DNA of 64,000 nucleotides, from assembly GCA_964524715.1 (NCBI GenBank), contig CAZGGF010000002.1:11630-75629 (forward strand), read 5' to 3'. Of this stretch, positions 38,413 through 47,759 are shown in pieces (positions within the stretch are counted from its first letter, which is position 1; every line of letters starts with the position of its first letter). This DNA comes from an uncultured Verrucomicrobiota bacterium. GTDB taxonomy: Bacteria; Verrucomicrobiota; Verrucomicrobiia; CAIQCK01. The position numbers were made by a program, and so were the translations under genes. The notes below the pieces were generated by a model. That model saw nothing but the letters and a program-made list of their open reading frames with translations. It had not been told where the DNA came from and did no database searches.

Positions 38413-40467
38413 TCAGCCAACGTCACGGTTCATTGCGGTTTGGCCGCGGACACGCCCCAAGGCTTGGAGCGGGAAGTAATGACGATACATGTTGTAGTCG
38501 ATCATGAAACCGCGGGCCAATTCGCGTCCCTGGGCCAGCGCCACCGTGTTCTTCCTGAGCCGGATGCGTTCGCCAATTCCGTAGCCGGGGAAGCCGGTGC
38601 CCACGTAGTAAGACTGCGCCCAGGTGCCATCGCGTTGCTGTGCAAGCAGCCAGTCCACCCCGCGCTGAATCGCTGGATCGAACCTATGATTATCGATGGC
38701 CAGCAGACCGATCAGTGCCCAGGCCGTTTGGGCGGGAGTGCTGGGTCCCACTCCGCGCAAGGCATCATCCATGTAGGACGCGCAGGATTCGCCCCAGCCA
38801 CCATCGGCATTTTGCCGGGAGGCCAGCCATTCTGCGGTCTTTTGAATGCGGGGATCCTTCATGTCGAATCCGATGGAACGCAGTCCGGGCAACACGAGTG
38901 CGGTCCCGTAAAGATAATTGACACCCCAGCGGCCAAACCAACTGCCCTCCGGTTCCTGTTCGCGCATCGCGTAGTCAACGGCGCGCTTGACCGTGGGGTC
39001 GCTCATGGTGAAGCCCATCAACCCCAGGGCTTCGAGTTTGTGCCCGGTCAAATCGGCGCTGGGAGGGTCCAGCACTTCGCCGAAGTCGCAGAACGGGAGC
39101 TGCGCGAGAATCCAGCGGTCGTTGTCCTTGTCGAAAGCGCCCCAGCCGCCGTTTGAGGATTGCATGGCGCGCACCCAGACTTCTGCGCGGTGCAGGACGG
39201 TCTCGATCCGTGGGACGAATTCAGGCGGCGCAATCTTGCGGATGCGGGCGAGCACGATCATGGCCACGGCGGTATCGTCGAGATCGGGATATTGCGTGTT
39301 GGCCCGCTCGAAAGCCCATCCACCGCATTCCACGTCTTTGACAACCACGGCCCAGTCGCCTTTGACCAGGATCTGTTTCTTCAGAACCCAGTCCAGAGCG
39401 CGCCCCATGCCGGGGAACGACTGAAAGTTCTCTCCGCAGTCGAGCAACGCTTGCAGGGTCAGGACCGTGTCCCAGATGGGTGATTCACTGGCCTGAAGAT
39501 AAATCGCATCGTCGCGTTTGTAGGACCAATGGTGATTCCATGCATCCAATCCACTGCGAATCACAGGATGATCCAGCGCATACCCTTCGACGTGGAGCGC
39601 CAGCAGACTGTAAATCCACGGCGGTTGAATGCCGCCCCAGGCGCCGTCGGCATCCTGGTGGCTGATGATCCATTCCATGCAGAGCTTGATCGCGGTTTCG
39701 CGACCGGGCTTCCACGGGCTGCTCATATATAAGCGCAGCAGCTTCTCGGTCAGACGGAACAGGGTGGGCCAGAAGCCGCTGTGACGCTTTGGCATCGAGT
39801 AGTCGAAGTTCTCCCTTCCTTCGGGAAACAACTCATCCAGACGGCGATCAGGCGGGAGCGGACGAACCGGCATGCGGGCCGAAAGAATCGCCAAAGGCAC
39901 GAGGGTGGCTCGCGCCCAGCAGCCAAACCAATAGATGTTGAACGGCGCCCAAGTCGGGACGCGGAAGATCTCCGGGGGGACGACGGGCGTGCGCTCCCAT
40001 GGCCACTCGCCTATAAACGCCAGCCAGAAACGGGTGAAGTTGCGGACCTTTTTCAGGCCGCCGTGGGACAGTATCCACTCCCGCGCCTTGCGCACCGGCT
40101 CGTCATCAACCTTGAACCCCGAACAACGCAGGGCCGTGTAACATTCCACCGTGGTGTTGATGTCCCCCTGGGGAGCGTCATGATACACTTCCCAGGAGCC
40201 ATCCGGTCGTTGCTCCTTCAAAATGGCCCGGATCACTCCCGCGTGCTTGGGATCGTCTTTGATGCCCAGGAAGTGCATGGCCAGAATCCATTGCGCTTCG
40301 ATGCAGCAATTGGACTTCAACATGCCCACCCAGAAGCCGTCTTCCAGTTGTTCGCGCGCCAGCCATTGGTTCGCGCTGGCGATTGCCTCGTCGAGCCGGG
40401 CCCGAGATGTTGCCGTTGATCCTCCAGCAGCGTTTTCAGCGTGTGATTCGTCTTGAGGCTCGTTCAT
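38413..40467 (-). CDS. shc: Squalene-hopene cyclase
   Basis: 684 aa. Several QW repeats. The DxDD(TA) catalytic motif lies in …QYPDLDDTAVAMIVLAR…. The N-terminus is SHC-like. Confidence 0.85.
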   Translation of the reverse strand: MNEPQDESHAENAAGGSTATSRARLDEAIASANQWLAREQLEDGFWVGMLKSNCCIEAQWILAMHFLGIKDDPKHAGVIRAILKEQRPDGSWEVYHDAPQGDINTTVECYTALRCSGFKVDDEPVRKAREWILSHGGLKKVRNFTRFWLAFIGEWPWERTPVVPPEIFRVPTWAPFNIYWFGCWARATLVPLAILSARMPVRPLPPDRRLDELFPEGRENFDYSMPKRHSGFWPTLFRLTEKLLRLYMSSPWKPGRETAIKLCMEWIISHQDADGAWGGIQPPWIYSLLALHVEGYALDHPVIRSGLDAWNHHWSYKRDDAIYLQASESPIWDTVLTLQALLDCGENFQSFPGMGRALDWVLKKQILVKGDWAVVVKDVECGGWAFERANTQYPDLDDTAVAMIVLARIRKIAPPEFVPRIETVLHRAEVWVRAMQSSNGGWGAFDKDNDRWILAQLPFCDFGEVLDPPSADLTGHKLEALGLMGFTMSDPTVKRAVDYAMREQEPEGSWFGRWGVNYLYGTALVLPGLRSIGFDMKDPRIQKTAEWLASRQNADGGWGESCASYMDDALRGVGPSTPAQTAWALIGLLAIDNHRFDPAIQRGVDWLLAQQRDGTWAQSYYVGTGFPGYGIGERIRLRKNTVALAQGRELARGFMIDYNMYRHYFPLQALGRVRGQTAMNRDVG

Positions 40468-40521
40468 GGGCCTGTCTCGTTCTTTTCAGGTGGTTTCTTT
40501 TCCGACGCGCGGATCAGTGTA

Positions 40522-42000
40522 TCAATTCTTCTTCGGCTCTTCAGGCGCAGTTTTCGCGGCCTCCGGGATGGATGGCTTGTGGGCCTCCCAACCGCCGCCC
40601 AACACGGCGTAGAGTCTCACGTCGTTGGAGAGTTTCGTCAGGTTCAGTGTAACGAGTCCCTGCTGCGCTGAATACAGGGACCGTTGCGCATCAAGGACGC
40701 TGAGGTAGCTGTCAATTCCCATGGTATAGCGGAAATTGGACAAGCGATAGGTCTCGGCATTGGCATGGACCAGGGATTGCTGCGCCACGATCTGGTCGTC
40801 CACGGTGCCGCGAACGGCCAGGGCGTCGGCCGTTTCCTTGAACGCATTCTGAATCGCCTTTTCGTATTGGGTCACGACCATTTCCCGCTGCACTTTGGTT
40901 GCCTTGAGAGCGGACCAGGTGCGGGCGTCAAAAATCGGCATCACAATCTCCGGCGCATAGCTCCACGCGCCGGAGCCAGCTTTGAAGAGCCCGGAGAGTT
41001 GGCTGCTTGCAGTGCCGAAGGCGGTGGTCAGGCTGATGCGCGGGAAGAACGCCGCCCTGGCCGCGCCGATATCTGCATAGGCTGCCTTGAGCTGGTCTTC
41101 TGACTGGAGCACGTCTGGCCGGCGCAACAGAACCTCGGAGGAAACGCCCGCGCTGATTTCCTTGGGCGGCTTGACGGTGGCCAGTTGCCCGGGCAGGAGT
41201 TCTGGCGGGGTGGGGGAACCGACCAGCAAATCCAGGGCGTTCTTGTCCTGCGCGACAAGCTGTGTGAAGCGGGCCACATCTCCGCGGGCGGTATCCACCT
41301 GCGTTTGAGCCCGGAAAAGGTCCAGCTCCGGCGCGAGGCCGAGTTCGCGGCGTTTCTTGACCAGATTATAGGTTCCCTGTTGTGCCTCCAGAGTTGTCTC
41401 AGCCAGTTTGAGGCTTTCTTTGTCCGCGGCCATCGTCAGGTACGTTTGAGCCACTGAGGCCACCAGCAGCAGTTGAGTGCTGCGGCGAGCTTGCTCTGAG
41501 GCCATGTATTCCTCCAGCGCGCGGTCCTTCAGGCTGCGGATACGGCCAAAGAAATCGATCTCCCAGGATGCCACTCCGAGATTGGCATCGTAGCGTGACG
41601 AAATCTGCCTGTTGCCACTGCTCGAAAGATCGGCAGGGACCCGTTGTCTGCTCCCGCTGCCAAAAGCGCTAAGCGTTGGCAACAACTCGGCCCGGCGGAT
41701 GCCGTATATCGCCAGCGTGTACTCGACATTCAACGCAGCCACCCGCAGGGTGCGATTGTTTGTCAACGCGAGGCCAATGACCTTTTGAAGCTTCGAGTCG
41801 GTGAAGTAGTCCCGCCATTTTACGTCCACAGCCTGTGGAGCGTTGGTGGACACGCCGACTTCATAGGCCGTGCCGGTCGGCCACGCGGTCGGAATCGGCG
41901 CTGCTGGCCGGGCATATTTCGGGGCCAGGGTGCAGCCGGTTGCGAGGACGGCGATTCCAGTCAGAACCGGAAATAGTAAGCGCAAAACGTTCTTGTTCAT
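40522..42000 (-). CDS. RND efflux outer-membrane factor lipoprotein (NodT/OprM family)
   Basis: Lipobox LATGC. OEP repeats. The gene abuts the RND pump gene. Confidence 0.8.
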   Translation of the reverse strand: MNKNVLRLLFPVLTGIAVLATGCTLAPKYARPAAPIPTAWPTGTAYEVGVSTNAPQAVDVKWRDYFTDSKLQKVIGLALTNNRTLRVAALNVEYTLAIYGIRRAELLPTLSAFGSGSRQRVPADLSSSGNRQISSRYDANLGVASWEIDFFGRIRSLKDRALEEYMASEQARRSTQLLLVASVAQTYLTMAADKESLKLAETTLEAQQGTYNLVKKRRELGLAPELDLFRAQTQVDTARGDVARFTQLVAQDKNALDLLVGSPTPPELLPGQLATVKPPKEISAGVSSEVLLRRPDVLQSEDQLKAAYADIGAARAAFFPRISLTTAFGTASSQLSGLFKAGSGAWSYAPEIVMPIFDARTWSALKATKVQREMVVTQYEKAIQNAFKETADALAVRGTVDDQIVAQQSLVHANAETYRLSNFRYTMGIDSYLSVLDAQRSLYSAQQGLVTLNLTKLSNDVRLYAVLGGGWEAHKPSIPEAAKTAPEEPKKN

Positions 42001-42001
42001 T

Positions 42002-45000
42002 TTAGTGATCCACAGATGGATCTGGCTCGGCATGCCCGGAGAGCGCTGCCTTGCTTGCTTGCGGCTTTTTGCCAAAGGTTTTCTCGATCAACACATAGAA
42101 GAGGGGTGCGAATATGGTGACCAGAAAAGTCGAGGTCACCACTCCTCCCAGCACGGAGGTGCCGATGGCCCTTTGTGCACCGGCGCCGGCTCCATCTGCG
42201 AGAGCCAGCGGCAGAACGCCGAACCCGAAGGCCAGCGAGGTCATAATGATGGGACGCAACCTCAGTTTCGCTGCTTCCAGAGTGGCGTCGATCAACCCCA
42301 TTCCTTCCTCCACTCTGGTTTTGGCGAACTGGACGATCAGGATGGCGTTCTTGGTGGTCAGACCAAGCGTGGTCAACAGTCCGATCTGGAAATAAACGTC
42401 GTTGGGCAATTCCCGGAGCGTCGAACCGATCATGCCGCCGATGCCACCCAAGGGCAGCGCCAGCAGAATCGAGATGGGGATGGGCCAGCTTTCGTACAAT
42501 GCCGCCAGGCAAAGGAAGATCACAAGGATGGAGAAGGCATAGAGTGGAGCCGCTTGGGAACCCGCCATCCGTTCCTGATAGGACAATCCAGTCCAGTCGA
42601 AACCAATGCCTCGCGGCAGTTTCTTGACGAAGCCTTCCATGGCTTGCATGGCTTCGCCGGAACTTCTTCCCGCCGCAGATTCACCCAGAATGTTGATGGA
42701 CGGAAAACCGTTGAACCGTTCGAGTTTTGGCGAACCGGACGTCCAGTGGCCCGAAGCAAAAGAAGAGAACGGAACCATTTTGCCCTGGTTGTTGCGCACA
42801 TAGAGTTTTTCAAGGTCGGTGGGCAACATTCGATAGGGCGCATCAGCTTGCGCATACACCCGCTTCACCCGGCCGCCCTGGATGAAGTCGTTGACATACG
42901 CGCTGCCGAAGGCCGCCGAGATCGTGGTGTGGATCGAGGAGATGGGCACGCCCAATGCCCCGGCCTTCTCCCAGTCCACGTCGACCCGGTATTCGGGCAC
43001 GTCTTCCAAGCCGTTGGGCCGCACCTTTGTCAACGCCGGGTCTTTCGCCGCCATGCCGAGGAGCTGGTTTCGGGCTGCCATCAGATCGGCATGACCCAGG
43101 CCGCTCCTGTCCAGCAGCTGAAAGTCAAACCCTTTGGCTTGGCCCAACTCGATCACCGCGGGCGGCGCAAAGGCAAACACCATCGCATTCCGGATGCGAG
43201 CGAACCTGCCCATGGCTCTCCCGGCCACGGCGCTTACCTTCAAGTCCGGCTTGTCACGCAGCTTCCAGTCTTTCATCCTGACGAACGCCAGACCCGAGTT
43301 CTGGCCGCGTCCGGAAAAACTGGTGCCCGAAACTGTCAGGAGGTTTTCCACCGCGCGACTTTCGTCGTGCAGGAAGAAGTTCTGAACATCCAGCATGATC
43401 CGCTCAGTCTGCTCCAGGGTCGCGTTGGCCGGGAGCAGCGTTTGCACCATCAGGATGCCCTGATCTTCATCCGGCAGGTAAGCCTTTGGCATTCGTTGAA
43501 ACAGCCAACCCATGGCGACAACGATTGCAACGAAAACCAGCAGGTAACGGACTTTGTGGACCAGCGATTGGCCCACCCGGCGGACATACCAGTCCCGGGG
43601 CCGGAAATACATGCAGTCAAACCATCGAAAGAATGTCCGCAGAAACCAGACACTCGCTTCCGCGGGTTCATGCCCTTTTGAAATGGGTCTGAGCAGCGAG
43701 GCGCACAACACGGGGGTCAACACCAGGGCCACCACCACGGAGAGCAGCATGGAAGCGATGATGGTCACGGAGAACTGGCGATAGATGACGCCGGTGGAAC
43801 CGGTGAAGAACGCCATCGGTCCAAACACCGCCGAAAGCACCAGCCCGATACCGATCAAGGCGCTGGTGATTTGGTCCATGGATTTGCGCGTAGCCTCGAA
43901 CGGCGAAAGACCTTCCTCGCTCATGATCCGTTCCACGTTCTCCACCACGACGATGGCATCGTCCACCAGCAGGCCGATGGCCAGCACCATGGCGAACATG
44001 GTCAGCATGTTGATCGAGAAACCAAACAGTCCCAGCACCGCAAACGTTCCGAGGATCACCACCGGCACCGCGATGGTCGGGATCAGGGTGGCCCGCATGT
44101 TGCCCATGAACAGGTACATCACCAGAAACACCAGCCCGATTGCCTCGAACAATGTTTTGACCACCTCTTCAATAGCCACCTTGACAAACGGCGTTGTGTC
44201 GTAGGGATAAACGACCTTCATGCCTGTGGGGAAGAAATCGCTCATCTCCTTCAGCTTGTTCCGGACATTGTCCGCTGTCTCCAAGGCGTTGGCCCCTGCC
44301 GACTGTCGAATGGCCATTGCGGCCGAAGGCATGCCGTTGAAGAGGGCCACAACGTCGTAGGCCTCAGTGCCCAACTCCGTTCGCCCCACGTCCTTGATTC
44401 GCACGATGGACCCATCCGGGTTGGTGCGCAGAGGGATGGAGGCGAACTCCTCCGGCGTCTTCAGCAGGTTCTGGACGATGATGGCTGCATTCAGCCGTTG
44501 CCCCTCCGTCGCTGGAGCGCCGCCAAACTGGCCCGCTGAAATTTCCACGTTGTATGCCTTCAGTCCCGCGATGACATCCGCCATCGTCATCTGGTAATCG
44601 GTCAGTTTGTCGGGGTTCAGCCAGATTCGCATGGCATACTGGCTGCCAAAATTCTCCACTTCGCCCACCCCGGGCACTCGTGAGAGCACCTTCTCAAGGT
44701 TCGATTGCGCATAGTCGCGCAAATCATTCCCGTCCATGCTGCCGTCTTCCGAGATCAGGCCCACAATCATCAGGTAGTTGCGGGTGGATTTACTCACCTT
44801 GACGCCTTGCCGCTGCACCACCTCCGGCAGGTTCGCCATCGCAAGCTGGAGCTTGTTCTGCACTTGAGCCCAGGCGAGGTCCGGGTCGGTTCCTGGCGCG
44901 AAGGTCAACTCGATGCGGGACTGCCCTGACGAATCACTGGTCGCCGACAGGTAGAGCATCATGTCGAAGCCAGTCATCTTCTGCTCAATGATCTGCGTCA

Positions 45001-45184
45001 CGCTGTTCTCAACCGTTTCCGCCGACGCCCCGGGATAGAAGGCCGTGATGGCGATGGAAGGAGGCGCGATGGGTGGATACTGCGCGATCGGCAGATTGTG
45101 GATCGCCAGGCAACCCGCCACCATCAGGATGATGGCGATGACCCAGGCAAAAACCGGACGATTCAGGAAAAATCTTGATAACAT
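42002..45184 (-). CDS. RND multidrug efflux permease (AcrB/MexB family)
   Basis: 1060 aa. N-terminus MLSRFFLNRPVFAWVIAIILMVAG… and 12-TM organisation. Confidence 0.9.
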   Translation of the reverse strand: MLSRFFLNRPVFAWVIAIILMVAGCLAIHNLPIAQYPPIAPPSIAITAFYPGASAETVENSVTQIIEQKMTGFDMMLYLSATSDSSGQSRIELTFAPGTDPDLAWAQVQNKLQLAMANLPEVVQRQGVKVSKSTRNYLMIVGLISEDGSMDGNDLRDYAQSNLEKVLSRVPGVGEVENFGSQYAMRIWLNPDKLTDYQMTMADVIAGLKAYNVEISAGQFGGAPATEGQRLNAAIIVQNLLKTPEEFASIPLRTNPDGSIVRIKDVGRTELGTEAYDVVALFNGMPSAAMAIRQSAGANALETADNVRNKLKEMSDFFPTGMKVVYPYDTTPFVKVAIEEVVKTLFEAIGLVFLVMYLFMGNMRATLIPTIAVPVVILGTFAVLGLFGFSINMLTMFAMVLAIGLLVDDAIVVVENVERIMSEEGLSPFEATRKSMDQITSALIGIGLVLSAVFGPMAFFTGSTGVIYRQFSVTIIASMLLSVVVALVLTPVLCASLLRPISKGHEPAEASVWFLRTFFRWFDCMYFRPRDWYVRRVGQSLVHKVRYLLVFVAIVVAMGWLFQRMPKAYLPDEDQGILMVQTLLPANATLEQTERIMLDVQNFFLHDESRAVENLLTVSGTSFSGRGQNSGLAFVRMKDWKLRDKPDLKVSAVAGRAMGRFARIRNAMVFAFAPPAVIELGQAKGFDFQLLDRSGLGHADLMAARNQLLGMAAKDPALTKVRPNGLEDVPEYRVDVDWEKAGALGVPISSIHTTISAAFGSAYVNDFIQGGRVKRVYAQADAPYRMLPTDLEKLYVRNNQGKMVPFSSFASGHWTSGSPKLERFNGFPSINILGESAAGRSSGEAMQAMEGFVKKLPRGIGFDWTGLSYQERMAGSQAAPLYAFSILVIFLCLAALYESWPIPISILLALPLGGIGGMIGSTLRELPNDVYFQIGLLTTLGLTTKNAILIVQFAKTRVEEGMGLIDATLEAAKLRLRPIIMTSLAFGFGVLPLALADGAGAGAQRAIGTSVLGGVVTSTFLVTIFAPLFYVLIEKTFGKKPQASKAALSGHAEPDPSVDH

Positions 45185-45196
45185 GGCGCGCCTTCG

Positions 45197-46375
45197 TTAG
45201 TTCGATTTTGAAACAGCCGGGGCCGTGTTTGCTGACTGTTTCCGGCCATCATCGAAGGGAACCGCTTTCACGGCGGCACCGGGCCGCGCCTTCTGTATGC
45301 CTTCTACGATCACACGGTCATTGGGCGCCAGACCTGAGGAAACGAGCCATTGATCGCCGATGACCCGGTCGAGGCCAAGCTTCCGCTGTTCGACCTTGCC
45401 GTTGTTATCCACAACCAAAACCACGGGATTGCCCTTTGGATCGCGTGCCACTGCCTGTTGGGGGATCAAAATCGACTGGTCGTTAACGCCTTCCTTCAGC
45501 AACACACGGACGAACATGCCTGGCAGAAGAACTCCCTTGGGATTGGGGAAGACCATGCGCAAAGTCACAGTTGCCGTAGTCGGGTCCACCGAGACGTCGC
45601 GGAACTGAAATGTCCCTTCCAAGGGATACGTCACGCCGTTGCCAAGGATCACCTGCACCTGTTTCAAATTCGGCCCGCTGCGGTTGAGTTGTCCATCCTC
45701 CAGGCGGCGCTGCAATCGCAGCAACTCCGTCGTGGATTGGCGCACATCCACATAAATGGGATCCAGTTGCTGAATGGTTGCGAGGGCCACGGGCTGATAC
45801 GCCGTCACAATGGCACCGTCCGTCACCGAGGATGTTCCAATGCGGCCGGTGATGGGAGAGACGACCCGGGCGTATCCGAGATTGATGCGCGCTGTTTCCA
45901 CCATCGCTTTGTAATACTGGATATCGGCCTCGGCTTGTTTCAATGCCGAATCCGCATCGTCGAAATCCTGCCGGCTGACGGCTTGTTCGGAGAGCGCTTG
46001 CTTGTAGCGCTCCGCCCTCAACTGAAGGGCAGGCCGGTGGGCCTCAGCCCGGCCGAGAGCCGCCTTGGCATTGTCCAGCACCGCCTGAAAGGGAGCGGGG
46101 TCGATCTGGTAAAGCTCCTGGCCGGCTTTGACGTCGGACCCTTCAGTGAACAGGCGTTTCAGTATGAGGCCGTTGACCTGGGGCCGGATTTCCGCGATGC
46201 AATACGGCGACGTGCGACCGGGCAGTTCGGTGGTCAAAACGACCCGTTGTTGGACAACGGTGACGGTTGCCACTTCCGGCGTGGCTGCCGGTGGCGGGGC
46301 TTGCGTTCGCGAACAGGAGGTTGCAAGCACCGCCAGGGCCGCGATCAGATAACGTGGATGAAATGGAAGATTCAT
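45197..46375 (-). CDS. RND efflux periplasmic adaptor subunit (AcrA/MexA family)
   Basis: Lipoprotein signal. Coiled-coil hairpin. Directly upstream of the permease gene. Confidence 0.85.
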   Translation of the reverse strand: MNLPFHPRYLIAALAVLATSCSRTQAPPPAATPEVATVTVVQQRVVLTTELPGRTSPYCIAEIRPQVNGLILKRLFTEGSDVKAGQELYQIDPAPFQAVLDNAKAALGRAEAHRPALQLRAERYKQALSEQAVSRQDFDDADSALKQAEADIQYYKAMVETARINLGYARVVSPITGRIGTSSVTDGAIVTAYQPVALATIQQLDPIYVDVRQSTTELLRLQRRLEDGQLNRSGPNLKQVQVILGNGVTYPLEGTFQFRDVSVDPTTATVTLRMVFPNPKGVLLPGMFVRVLLKEGVNDQSILIPQQAVARDPKGNPVVLVVDNNGKVEQRKLGLDRVIGDQWLVSSGLAPNDRVIVEGIQKARPGAAVKAVPFDDGRKQSANTAPAVSKSN

Positions 46376-46463
46376 ACTGTATTGCAGAGATGATTGATGG
46401 CTTGGTGAAGAAAAAGTATTTGAATGGTGAAGTTGTGCCTCTCAAACAATGTGCCGTGCAGCA

Positions 46464-46952
46464 TCAGTTATTTTCGCTCAGCACCATGGACAGCACGCGC
46501 AGTTGCTTCCTCATATCGTTGCCGGTGAGTTCGCTCAACTTCTGCTGGTCCGACACCGGCTGGAGACCGGCCTTCGAGAGTCGCTCAAGCAATTGTTGAG
46601 GCGGAATCTGCGCCACTTGGGCCAGCGTTGTGAGAGGTGCTTGTGAAAGCGCCCGAACGGGTTGCATGAAAGGAGGTTCGCCCTGCTTTCCCATGGGGAG
46701 AGCAATACTGACTGCAAGAATGGCGGCGAATACCCCAAAGATGAGCGCTCCTCGTTTGGTCGAGAGACACATTTTCAATCCGTGGAAGTTCGGCACCATG
46801 TGAAGAACGACACCGCCCACCAGTATCCAACTCAACCACTCGTGGACAACCTTGGTCGCTCCCGAATTCACGTGAAAAAACATCAGAATGCCTGTCACGG
46901 CCGACAGCAAGAATGCACCCGCAGTCACCGGGGTTATCCATGCGCGTTTCAT
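46464..46952 (-). CDS. DUF4405-like membrane protein
   Basis: MKRAWITPVTAGAFLLSAVTGILMFFHV… Four predicted TM helices. Confidence 0.45.
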   Translation of the reverse strand: MKRAWITPVTAGAFLLSAVTGILMFFHVNSGATKVVHEWLSWILVGGVVLHMVPNFHGLKMCLSTKRGALIFGVFAAILAVSIALPMGKQGEPPFMQPVRALSQAPLTTLAQVAQIPPQQLLERLSKAGLQPVSDQQKLSELTGNDMRKQLRVLSMVLSENN

Positions 46953-46990
46953 GTTCGTAACAAGTTCCTTTCTGTAAAAAATCGCAGTGC

Positions 46991-47371
46991 TTATTCTTTT
47001 TGTTGGGTGGAAGAGAGAGGTGCGGCATCGCTGTCGCGGAAGACCGACTGCCATTTGGAAAGAATCGCTTGCGTGCTGGCGGTTCCAACGACTTTGGCGC
47101 GGAGGCTCCCGTTCACAAAGAACAACAGCGTCGGGATGGATTGGATCTCACACACCAGGCTGAGGTCCGGGTTGTCGTCGGCATTGATCTTGACGACTTT
47201 CACTTTTCCTGTGCACGCAGTCGCGACTTTGTTCAGCACCGACCCGATAATATGGCAAGGCCGGCTCCAAGGAGCCAAGAATGCCACCAAGACTGGTTGT
47301 CTCGACTGAAGCACTTCCGACTCAAAGTTCGCTTCGCAGATTTCAACGATCTGTGCTTTGTTACCGTTCAT
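46991..47371 (-). CDS. Thioredoxin-fold protein with non-canonical SxxC active site (W-S-R-P-C)
   Basis: …VLVAFLAPWSRPCHIIGSVLNKVA…VVKINADDNPD…IQSIPTLLFFVNG… is the thioredoxin layout, with the first active-site Cys replaced by Ser. Confidence 0.7.
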   Translation of the reverse strand: MNGNKAQIVEICEANFESEVLQSRQPVLVAFLAPWSRPCHIIGSVLNKVATACTGKVKVVKINADDNPDLSLVCEIQSIPTLLFFVNGSLRAKVVGTASTQAILSKWQSVFRDSDAAPLSSTQQKE

Positions 47372-47397
47372 TTTCTTGATTGCGTCACAAGATTCAT
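47368..47397 (-). other. 9-codon upstream ORF overlapping the thioredoxin start (ATGA)
   Basis: Minus-strand GGAGGG-ATGAATCTTGTGACGCAATCAAGAAAATGA. The uORF stop overlaps the trx ATG. Confidence 0.3.
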
Positions 47398-47408
47398 CCC
47401 TCCTTTAC

Positions 47409-47424
47409 GCAAGACGTGTGCCAA
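47409..47424 (-). promoter_or_regulatory. Candidate sigma-54 (-24/-12) promoter for the thioredoxin gene
   Basis: The minus strand reads TTGGCAC-ACGTC-TTGC, matching TGGCAC-N5-TTGC. It lies about 25 nt upstream of the uORF/trx start. A sigma-54 activator gene is 2 kb away. Confidence 0.4.
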
Positions 47425-47759
47425 TGTGCTTGAATATTCGCAACTAATTGATGTGCAGTGTGTAACGTAAACATGCATTGGGGTTTTATGGGGCGAAATA
47501 TTGACCATTCGGAAATCCAAGCCGTTTCTTATTTGAAACAAGTATGAATTCGATTATTAGCTCGGTCGTGGAATCAAACAGTGTCAACCGCTTTGGTCAG
47601 GGTATTGATCCCAAGTTCGCTGCTCAGATTCCGTTCATGGTTCGTCGTTTCATTCCCTTGAATTCACCATGATCGAGTTCAATCCATCACTTTGTCGCTT
47701 TATCTGAAAACAGCCGCATCAAGAATGGCTGACTGATTTCCTTTTCCGCCCAAGCGAAA

